DNA from: Dehalococcoidales bacterium
GTDB taxonomy: Bacteria > Chloroflexota > Dehalococcoidia > Dehalococcoidales > BS750m-G39
NCBI GenBank assembly: GCA_022865485.1
Contig: JALHSZ010000010.1
Span: 4,328 to 68,327, forward strand
Direction of reading: 5' to 3'
DNA length: 64,000 bases
The notes beneath the pieces were generated by a model that saw nothing but the letters and a program-made list of their open reading frames with translations, was not told where the DNA came from and did no database searches. Positions 56,949-64,000 of the stretch are shown here, piece after piece (positions within the stretch are counted from its first letter, which is position 1; each line of letters starts with the position of its first letter). The position numbers were made by a program, and so were the translations under genes.

Positions 56949-57842
56949 ATGGACAAGTCATATAGCCTTACCGCTGATGGGGACGCCCGTCTCGACAAAT
57001 ATGTCTGCGCCCGAGCCCCCGAACTTTCCCGGACACGGGTGCAAAAGCTCATTGCCGCGGGCAATATCACCGTCAACGGGCAGCCGGCTAAGCCGGGGCA
57101 CAGGCTCAGTCCCGGTGACAGGATTGAGCTTAATGTTCCCCCCACCCCGCCCCAGGAGCTGAAGCCCGAGGCGATTCCGCTGGAAATCCTCTACGAAGAC
57201 GACGACCTCCTGGTCGTCGATAAGCCGGCCGGTCTGACCGTCCACCCCGCCCCGGGCCACCCCGCCCATACCCTGGTCAACGCCATCCTGGCTCACTTTC
57301 CCCACCTGGCTGACATCGGCGACTCCCTGCGCCCCGGTGTCGTCCATCGGCTGGATAAAGACACCTCGGGGGTGATGCTGGTGGCGAAGAACAGCGCCGC
57401 CCAGGTTGACCTCGCTAAGCAGTTCAAGTCCCACTCCGTAACCAAGGCTTATCTGGCGCTGGTCAAGGGCAGGCTGGAGCCCGAAAACGGTATCATCGAG
57501 GCCGATATCGGCCGCGACCCCCGCAACCGGAAGCGCATGGCGGTGGTGGCTGAGGGCAGGGAGGCCCGCACCGAATACCGCGTGGTCAGATATATCGGCG
57601 GCTACAGCCTGCTTGAGATTATGCCCGAAACCGGGCGCACCCACCAGATAAGGGTGCACCTGGCGGCAATCGGCTTTCCCGTGGTGGGGGATAAGGTCTA
57701 CGGCGTCAAGTCCAAATATCTTTCTCGCCAGTTCCTCCACGCCTCCCGTTTGGGCTTTAAGCTCCCCTCCACCGGGGAGTACGTTGAGTTCCAGTCCGCG
57801 CTGCCCCCCGACCTGGAGCAAGCGCTGGAGGATATTGGCTAG
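56949..57842 (+). CDS. rluD: RluA/RluD-family 23S rRNA pseudouridine synthase
   Basis: S4 domain N-terminus, HRLDKDTSGVM catalytic motif, GRTHQIRVH. Confidence 0.9.
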   Translation: MDKSYSLTADGDARLDKYVCARAPELSRTRVQKLIAAGNITVNGQPAKPGHRLSPGDRIELNVPPTPPQELKPEAIPLEILYEDDDLLVVDKPAGLTVHPAPGHPAHTLVNAILAHFPHLADIGDSLRPGVVHRLDKDTSGVMLVAKNSAAQVDLAKQFKSHSVTKAYLALVKGRLEPENGIIEADIGRDPRNRKRMAVVAEGREARTEYRVVRYIGGYSLLEIMPETGRTHQIRVHLAAIGFPVVGDKVYGVKSKYLSRQFLHASRLGFKLPSTGEYVEFQSALPPDLEQALEDIG

Positions 57843-57850
57843 ACTACTTG

Positions 57851-58179
57851 CCCCACCCCCGCGTCTTTCGTCCCACCCAATACCCACCCTACAGAGGTGT
57901 CACCTCTATAGACTTCTCTCTCCCCCCCCTTGCTATCATGGCAAGAAGCCCTTTTTCTTTTTGTCATTGCGAGGAACGCAGCGACGAAGCAATCTCTCCG
58001 CCATCTTGAGCGAACGCACCCTCACTTTGTCATTCCCGCGAAGGCGGGAATCCAGTCTCTCCCTTTAGTAAAGGGAGATAGAGAGGGATTTCGTAACCCC
58101 CCCCATAGCCTTTCTTTCCCCCTGTCATTGCGAGGAACGCAGCGACGAAGCAATCTCAGGGTGAGGGTGATAAAAACCC
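57851..58179 (+). repeat. Intergenic mosaic repeat cluster 3 (A 57851-57923, C 57961-57996, B 58029-58092, C 58122-58157, partial E 58165-58179)
   Basis: Same orientation as cluster 2. Module C is present twice with identical sequence TGTCATTGCGAGGAACGCAGCGACGAAGCAATCTC. Confidence 0.8.
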
Positions 58180-58241
58180 TAGAATAATGGTGGGTGGGGT
58201 GGTAGAATGGGTAAGCAATATCGCTGGTAGAGGAGGCAAAA

Positions 58242-58472
58242 ATGTCTATCCTGGCAATCTTCGGCTTCATACTGGCTATCATTAATCCGGTTATCGGCGG
58301 GGTGCTGGTGGGCTATCTGGTCTGGTTGGACGACCCGGATACCGGCTTCCAGATTCTGATGCTCTCATTTTTCGTGTTCAGCCTGATGGTCATCGGCTTC
58401 ATAGTCTGGGCGCGAAAGAAGATTAAAAAGCTGGAAAAAGAGATAAAGGCGATTAAGGGGAAGGCCGAATGA
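58242..58472 (+). CDS. Small two-TM membrane protein with a Lys-rich tail, translationally coupled to gltX
   Basis: 76 aa, SD GAGGAGG. Its stop overlaps the gltX start (ATGA). Confidence 0.5.
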   Translation: MSILAIFGFILAIINPVIGGVLVGYLVWLDDPDTGFQILMLSFFVFSLMVIGFIVWARKKIKKLEKEIKAIKGKAE

Positions 58473-59965
58473 CCAAACCAGTCCGAGTCCGCTTTGCCCC
58501 CAGCCCCACCGGTTATCCCCATGTGGGCAATATCCGCACGGCTTTATTCAACTGGCTCTTCGCCCGCCGCTACGGCGGCCGCTTTATCGTGCGCATCGAG
58601 GATACCGACCTCGCCCGCAAGGTGGAAGGGGCGGAAAAGGGCATACTGGATTCCCTGCGCTGGCTGTCTCTGGACTGGGACGAGGGCCCCGATGTGGGAG
58701 GCGACTACGGCCCCTACTACCAGTCGCAGCGCCTGGAGCTATACAAGTCAGCCGCTGAGAAGCTGGTGGCGCAGGGAGATGCCTACTACTGCTACTGTTC
58801 CCCCGAGCGCCTTGAGGCGATGCGCGCCGAGCAGGTCAAGCGAAAGCAGCCCCCTGGCTATGACCGCCACTGCCGCGAGCTGGCCCCCGAAGAGAGGGCC
58901 CAGAAAGAGGCCGAGGGCATCGTGCCCGTGGTGCGCTTCAGGGTCCCGCTGGAGGGGCAGACCCGCTTTAAGGACCTGATATACGGCGATGTCGTCTTCG
59001 GGCACAGCACCCTCGACGATTTCGTCCTGCTCAAGTCGGACGGCTACCCCACCTACCACCTGGCTAATGTCGTCGACGACCACGCCATGAAAATAAGCCA
59101 CGTCATCCGCGCCGAGGAGTGGATATCGAGCACCCCCCGCCACCTCCTGCTTTACCAGGCGCTCGGCTTCGAGCCGCCTGAGTTCATTCACCACCCGATG
59201 ATACTGGGCCCCGACCGGGCCAAGCTGAGCAAGCGGCACGGCGCCGTCTCCATACTCGACTACCGCGACCAGGGCTACCTGCCCCAGACCATGTTCAACT
59301 TCCTGGCCCTCATCGGCTGGTCGCTGGACGACAGGACCGAGATAATCCCCCGCCAGGCGCTGGTCGACAACTTCTCCCTGGAAAGAATCGGCAAGACGGG
59401 GGCAATATTTAACCGCGAAAAGCTGGACTGGATGAACGGCGTCTATATCCGCAGCCTGACCCCCGACGAGTTCTTCGACGCCGTGCAGCCCTTCCTGATG
59501 TCCGATATCGCCGCGGGTGAGGCGCTGATAGAAAACGAAGACTATGTCAGGGAAGTTTTACCGCTGGTGCAGGAACGCGCCAAGACCCTGCTCGAGGTAG
59601 TCGAGCTGACCAGGTTCTTCTTCGTCGACGGGCTCGACTATGATGCCAGCCAGCTTATCGGCAAGAAGATGGACGCTCAGTCTACTGTCAACGCATTGAA
59701 GGCGGCGCAGGAGAATCTGGAGAAGTTAGTGGTATTGCAGGAATCAGCCACTAGTGAGACCCTGCCAGCCTTCGACGCCGACTCCCTGGAAGCTGTCCTC
59801 CGCCCTCTGGCTGCCGAGCTGGAACTCAAGACGGGCCAGCTCTTCGGCGTGCTCAGGGTAGCCGTTACCGGCCAGTCCGCCGCCCCGCCCCTCTTCGCCA
59901 CCATGGCGGTGCTGGGCCGGGAGCGCTCACTCAAGAGGATTGCCGCCGCGCTATCGAAGCTATGA
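58469..59965 (+). CDS. gltX: Glutamyl-tRNA synthetase
   Basis: RVRFAPSPTGYPHVGNIRTALFNWLFAR (HIGH-type), KLSKRHG (KMSKS-type). Confidence 0.95.
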   Translation: MTKPVRVRFAPSPTGYPHVGNIRTALFNWLFARRYGGRFIVRIEDTDLARKVEGAEKGILDSLRWLSLDWDEGPDVGGDYGPYYQSQRLELYKSAAEKLVAQGDAYYCYCSPERLEAMRAEQVKRKQPPGYDRHCRELAPEERAQKEAEGIVPVVRFRVPLEGQTRFKDLIYGDVVFGHSTLDDFVLLKSDGYPTYHLANVVDDHAMKISHVIRAEEWISSTPRHLLLYQALGFEPPEFIHHPMILGPDRAKLSKRHGAVSILDYRDQGYLPQTMFNFLALIGWSLDDRTEIIPRQALVDNFSLERIGKTGAIFNREKLDWMNGVYIRSLTPDEFFDAVQPFLMSDIAAGEALIENEDYVREVLPLVQERAKTLLEVVELTRFFFVDGLDYDASQLIGKKMDAQSTVNALKAAQENLEKLVVLQESATSETLPAFDADSLEAVLRPLAAELELKTGQLFGVLRVAVTGQSAAPPLFATMAVLGRERSLKRIAAALSKL

Positions 59966-60984
59966 ACAGGCAAGGCTCGGCCTTATCCGGCTATCATGTC
60001 CTCGATTTAACCGAAAAAAAAGCCAGGCTCTGCTCCCGCTATCTGGCCGACATGGGGGCGGAGGTCATCCGCATAGAGAAGCCGGGAACGCCCTCTTTTC
60101 ACTGGGAAAACCTGGGCAAGCAGTCGGTAACCCTGGATATAGAGCTGGAGGCGGGGCGGGAGCTACTCAAAAAGCTGGTTAGCACCGCCGACGTCCTGGT
60201 GGAAAGCTATTCTCCCGGCTACTTGGATAAACTAGGTCTGGGTTATCCTCAGCTCACTAAAATCAACCCCCGCCTTATTATGGCTTCCATCACCCCATTC
60301 GGCCGGGACGGCCCCTACCGAGACTACAAGTCCTGCGATTTGGTCGCCAGCGCCCTGGGCGGGCAGCTCTACGTTACTGGCGAGCCCGGAAAGCCCCCGT
60401 TGAAACCCTTCGGCAACCAGAGCTATTACCTGGCTTCTCTCTTCGCCGCCATCGGCGTCCTGCTGGCGCTGATGAGCCGCCATAGTTCGGGCAGGGGCCA
60501 GCATATCGACATCTCCCTGCAGGAGTGCGTCGCCGCCGCCCTCGACCACGTCCTGGTGCGCTATTTCTATCAGGACACGGTGTCTAAGCGCCAGGGCAGC
60601 CTCCACTGGAACAACGCCTTCCGCGTCTTTCCCGCTAAAGATGGCTATATCCTGCTCTCCCTGTTCTACCAGTGGCCGACGCTGGTGGAATGGCTGGCCT
60701 CGGAGAGCATGGCGGAAGACCTGGCTGATGAAAAATGGCGGGACAGGGACTACCGCCTTGAGCACCTCGACCATGTTATCGAAGTACTGGAGCGCTGGTC
60801 GAAAAGTCATACTAAAGCCCAACTGGTGGAAAAAGGTCAGCTGATGCGCTTCCCCTGGGCGGAGGTCGCCTCGATAGCCGACCTTTTAGCCAGCCCCCAG
60901 CTAAAAGAGCGGGGCTTCTGGGTGGAGGCGGAGCACTCAGGCAGGAAATATAGGCTCCCGGGGAGAGGGGTTATTCGGTCATGA
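59962..60984 (+). CDS. Family III (CaiB/BaiF) CoA-transferase, apparently short at the C-terminus
   Basis: GYHVLDLTEKKARLCSRYLADMGAEVIRIEKPG. Ends after ...GFWVEAEHSGRKYRLPGRG. ATGA overlaps on both sides. Confidence 0.7.
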   Translation: MNRQGSALSGYHVLDLTEKKARLCSRYLADMGAEVIRIEKPGTPSFHWENLGKQSVTLDIELEAGRELLKKLVSTADVLVESYSPGYLDKLGLGYPQLTKINPRLIMASITPFGRDGPYRDYKSCDLVASALGGQLYVTGEPGKPPLKPFGNQSYYLASLFAAIGVLLALMSRHSSGRGQHIDISLQECVAAALDHVLVRYFYQDTVSKRQGSLHWNNAFRVFPAKDGYILLSLFYQWPTLVEWLASESMAEDLADEKWRDRDYRLEHLDHVIEVLERWSKSHTKAQLVEKGQLMRFPWAEVASIADLLASPQLKERGFWVEAEHSGRKYRLPGRGVIRS

Positions 60985-61988
60985 AAGATATCGAGCCGGG
61001 ATATATTGCCCTCTATCGTTCGGGGGAGCTGGAACGCCGGGCTGAGGCGCTCGAGGCGCGGTTGAGCGCCTGCGATATATGCCCACGGGAGTGCGGGGTC
61101 AACCGCCTGGAGGGGGAGCTGGGGTTCTGTCACTCGGCACGCCGGCCCATCGTCGCCTCGGTCTGCGCCCATCGCGGCGAGGAACCGGCGCTTTCGGGGA
61201 GCCGCGGCTCGGGGACGGTATTCTTCGGCAACTGCAATATGCGCTGCGTCTATTGCCAGAACTACCAGATAAGCCAGGACTATAAGGCTCAAAGGCGCCA
61301 CGAAATGGAGACTCGCGTTCTGGCCGAGAGGATGCTCTTCCTACAGGACGAGCTCGGCTGTCACAACATCAATCTCGTTTCCCCCTCGCACTTCGTCCCC
61401 CAGGTAGTCCGGGCCGTGCTGGAGGCGGTGCCCCTGGGGCTGCGGCGGCCGCTGGTCTACAATACCAGCAGCTATGATTCGGTAGCCACCTTGCGGGAGC
61501 TTGACGGCGTGGTTAGCATCTACCTGGCGGACTTGAGGTATGCCTCAAATAAATGGGGACGGAGGTTTTCCAAGGCTGCCGACTATGTGGAGCGGTCTCG
61601 CGCCGCCATCAAGGAGATGTACCGGCAGGTGGGAAACCTGGTAACGGATGAAGAGGGTGTCGCCCGGAAGGGGTTGATAGTGCGCCACCTGATACTGCCC
61701 AACGGCATCGCCGGCAGCCGCGACTCGCTTAACTGGCTGGTCAGGGAGATTTCGCCCCGGGTGGCGGTAAGCCTGATGTCCCAGTACTTCCCCGTCCACC
61801 GGGCTCGGCGTAACCCCCTGCTTTCCCGGACAATCTCACCCGAGGAGTACGATGAAGTCAGTCGTCTGGTAGACGAGCTGGGGATAGAAAACGGCTGGAT
61901 GCAGGAGATGGGCGCCTCACGAGATTATCTCCCCGACTTTTCCCGCGAGGCGGGGCCGTTTCCGGCCAGGGAGGATGTCAAGCGGTGA
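60981..61988 (+). CDS. PflX-like radical SAM protein (COG1313, 'putative PFL-activating enzyme' family)
   Basis: CPRECGVNR, FFGNCNMRCVYCQNYQIS. Confidence 0.75.
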   Translation: MKDIEPGYIALYRSGELERRAEALEARLSACDICPRECGVNRLEGELGFCHSARRPIVASVCAHRGEEPALSGSRGSGTVFFGNCNMRCVYCQNYQISQDYKAQRRHEMETRVLAERMLFLQDELGCHNINLVSPSHFVPQVVRAVLEAVPLGLRRPLVYNTSSYDSVATLRELDGVVSIYLADLRYASNKWGRRFSKAADYVERSRAAIKEMYRQVGNLVTDEEGVARKGLIVRHLILPNGIAGSRDSLNWLVREISPRVAVSLMSQYFPVHRARRNPLLSRTISPEEYDEVSRLVDELGIENGWMQEMGASRDYLPDFSREAGPFPAREDVKR

Positions 61989-61998
61989 GGTTCTACGC

Positions 61999-62115
61999 TT
62001 ACCTTTTTCTTTTGCGCTTGGTGAAGCCAAAATGGACCTTTTTGCCGCTGAGCTTGTCTTTCTTATTTACATTTTCGATGAAGGTCTTCAGGTCGGGAAG
62101 GGGTTTATCGGCCAT
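61999..62115 (-). CDS. Candidate 38-aa basic small protein
   Basis: Not in the track (<60 aa). MADKPLPDLKTFIENVNKKDKLSGKKVHFGFTKRKRKR* preceded by AAGAGGACAGCC-ATG. Confidence 0.35.
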   Translation of the reverse strand: MADKPLPDLKTFIENVNKKDKLSGKKVHFGFTKRKRKR

Positions 62116-62184
62116 GGCTGTCCTCTTTATCTAGACTATAGCGATACGGGGTTGATTATAGCATATGTTCTGGCGTAAAGCCAG

Positions 62185-62281
62185 AAGAGGGTCACCCCTC
62201 TTAACTGGCTTGATGGTGGGGTTCCAAAGGGGCTTGCCCCTTTGAATACCTTTAAGGGCGGCGGGTGGGAATAGATTAAAA
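62185..62281 (+). repeat. Intergenic mosaic repeat cluster 4 (module D copy plus an extra hairpin)
   Basis: AAGAGGGTCACCCCTCTT, CAAAGGGG-CTTG-CCCCTTTG, TTTAAGGGCGGCGGGTGGGAATAGATTAAAA. Compare 2572-2627. Confidence 0.7.
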
Positions 62282-62310
62282 AGGGGGGAGAGGAAGGAAA
62301 CAATCTGGCC

Positions 62311-62886
62311 ATGGATAAATATCAACTAAAGAAATATCCGACAGTCGGCGTCTGCGGTCTTAATTGCGGTTTGTGCCCGAGGTACCATATTGAGGGCACA
62401 TCGAGGTGTCCCGGTTGCGGTGGGCCGGATTTCGGGCAGAAACACCCATCGTGCGGGTTTATAACCTGCTGTGTTAAGCAGAGAAACCTGGAGACGTGTG
62501 CCCAGTGTGCTGATTGGGGGAGGTGTGATAGGGTGGCTAAGGTTCTAGATGCGGCTAAATGTCAGGACTCCTTTATCTCGTATAGACCGGTTGCGGCTAA
62601 TTTTGACTTTATCCGGGAGAACGGCATTGAGGAGTTTGTCAGACGGGAAGTGGAGAAGCAGGAGTTCCTCAGACACCTTATTAATGATTATGACGAGGGT
62701 CGTTCCAAGATCTTCTACTGCACTAGCTGTCAGCTCATACCGCTGGGCAAACTGAGGGAAGCGCTGGCGGAGGCTGAAGCGGGGATAGCCGAAGGCGCTG
62801 ATATTAAAGAGAAGGCCGGGCTGGTGAGAACGGCGATTAATAGTTTAGCCGATGCTTTACAAATTGATTTAAAGTTGAGGAAATGA
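62311..62886 (+). CDS. DUF3795-like cysteine-rich protein
   Basis: CGLNCGLCPRY, CPGCGG, CGFITCC, CAQC. Confidence 0.65.
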   Translation: MDKYQLKKYPTVGVCGLNCGLCPRYHIEGTSRCPGCGGPDFGQKHPSCGFITCCVKQRNLETCAQCADWGRCDRVAKVLDAAKCQDSFISYRPVAANFDFIRENGIEEFVRREVEKQEFLRHLINDYDEGRSKIFYCTSCQLIPLGKLREALAEAEAGIAEGADIKEKAGLVRTAINSLADALQIDLKLRK

Positions 62887-64000
62887 ATGACCAACCAACC
62901 CAGCTTACAAAACATTAGAATATTAGACTTTACCTGGGTGCTGGCCGGCCCCTATGCCACTCGCCTGCTGGCCGACTTCGGCGCCGAGGTCGTTAAGGTT
63001 CAGCCCCTCCTCCCCCCGGAAGAAGATACCTTCGCCCGCGGCTACTACAACACCTGGAACCGCAATAAGCTGGGCATCACCCTGAACCTTAATAGCCCCG
63101 AAGGCGTAGCTCTGGCCAAGAAGCTGGTGGGCCTTAGCGACGCCGTCGTGGAAAACTTCACCCCCCGCGTCATGGCGAACTGGGGCCTTGACTACGCCGA
63201 CCTCAAGAAGCTCAAAGCTGACATAATAATGCTCAGCCTTTCCACGATGGGCGGCACCGGCCCCCGCAAAGACTACACTGGCTTCGGCCCCACCGTCCAG
63301 GCTTTCTCCGGGCTGACCCACCTCACCGCTTATCCCGATGGCCCCCCGCTGGGCCCGGGCACCGCTTATGCCGACCATGTCGCCGCTCTCTTCGCCTGCC
63401 TGGCTCTGCTCGGCGCTCTGGAATACCGCCGCCGCACGGGCGAAGGCCAGCATATCGATATCTCCCAGGTGGAGGCGATGGCGAGCCTGCTCGGCGACGC
63501 TTTTATTCCCCCCCAGGAGTCGGCGACCTCTGGCGTCTATCGCTGCCGGGGCGATGACCGCTGGTGCGCTGTCGTTGTCTCCACCGACGAGGAGTGGCGG
63601 GGATTCAAAAAGGCTCTGGGAAATCCCCCCTGGGCGGAAGACAAGAGGTTCGCCACTCCATCCAACCGCCTCAAGAATAAAAAAGCGCTGGACAAGCTGG
63701 TAGGGGAGTGGACGCAAGAGCACACCGCCGAAGAACTGATGGCTTTACTCCAGCGTTGTGGCGTGGCTGCCGGTGTTGTCCAGGATGCCCGCGCTCTAGC
63801 CCATGACCCCCAGCTCAAGCACCGCGGCTTCTTTGTCGAGCTCGACCACCCCGAGATGGGCAAGACTGTATCCGATGCCACCCCAATAAGGCTCTCGGAT
63901 AGCCCGCCCCGCTACACCCGCCCCGCCCCGCTTCCCGGCCAGGACAACGAATATGATTACGGCCAACTATTGGGGCTGGGTAAGGCTGAGCTGGCCAGGC
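62887..64000 (+). CDS. Family III (CaiB/BaiF) CoA-transferase, 3' end beyond the window
   Basis: My own translation gives MTNQPSLQNIRILDFTWVLAGPYATRLLADFGAEVVKVQP..., later HRGFFVELDHPEMGK. Not in the track because there is no stop in the window. The minus ORF 62923..63723 is its antisense shadow. Confidence 0.8.
   Translation, partial: MTNQPSLQNIRILDFTWVLAGPYATRLLADFGAEVVKVQPLLPPEEDTFARGYYNTWNRNKLGITLNLNSPEGVALAKKLVGLSDAVVENFTPRVMANWGLDYADLKKLKADIIMLSLSTMGGTGPRKDYTGFGPTVQAFSGLTHLTAYPDGPPLGPGTAYADHVAALFACLALLGALEYRRRTGEGQHIDISQVEAMASLLGDAFIPPQESATSGVYRCRGDDRWCAVVVSTDEEWRGFKKALGNPPWAEDKRFATPSNRLKNKKALDKLVGEWTQEHTAEELMALLQRCGVAAGVVQDARALAHDPQLKHRGFFVELDHPEMGKTVSDATPIRLSDSPPRYTRPAPLPGQDNEYDYGQLLGLGKAELAR

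Noticed and set aside
62923-63723. 266-aa minus-strand ORF listed in the track
   Set aside because: The plus strand from 62887 encodes a clear family III CoA-transferase that is missing from the track only because its stop lies outside the window. The minus ORF is its shadow.

Overview
The window is a chromosomal segment of a GC-rich bacterium. Spot counts of 60-nt lines give about 62-65% GC in core genes. My guess is an anaerobic Chloroflexota/Dehalococcoidia-like lineage, based only on gene content (DUF1847, C_GCAxxG_C_C, DUF3795, ApgM-like 'proposed homoserine kinase'), and I cannot verify it here.

The window contains the replication-origin neighbourhood, with dnaA and a perfect DnaA box plus an AT-rich stretch between dnaA and obg. 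It also contains both gyrase subunits and many housekeeping genes: lysC, fmt, mazG, obg, nadD, hisS, rel, rpsT, ilvE, dinB, pyrF, folC, dtd, yajC, miaB, ybeY, pyrD, lspA, rluD and gltX. There are three tRNAs (Glu-UUC, Pro-CGG, Ser-GCU), a RelE/RHH toxin-antitoxin pair, a Fur-family regulator with cbiM-(PDGLE)-cbiQ-cbiO, and a zur-ZIP pair.

I found no CRISPR array, integrase, transposase, prophage or recognisable defence system.

The observations most worth a second look:
- Three lesions in essential genes: a gyrA frameshift in an 8-nt homopolymer, an in-frame TAG in dnaA, and lspA lacking a canonical start codon.
- Two lower-GC insertions, each bracketed by an imperfect duplicate of the 3' end of the adjacent core gene. 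One is the nitroreductase 3' end flanking a 3.9-kb ligase/peptidase/ABC cassette. The other is the pyrD 3' end flanking an MFS efflux gene.
- A collapsed remnant of an MBL-fold gene next to pyrD.
- A family of modular, hairpin-forming intergenic repeats at four loci, two of which bracket dksA-lspA-rluD.
- Ribosomal protein S20 with a long Lys/Ala-rich tail.
- TTGCAA-type operator clusters around the Fur-like regulator of the Co/Ni transporter.
- A gltX operon translationally coupled to a short CoA-transferase and a PflX-like radical SAM enzyme.

All family assignments come from motif and N-terminus recognition by eye. No database search was run.
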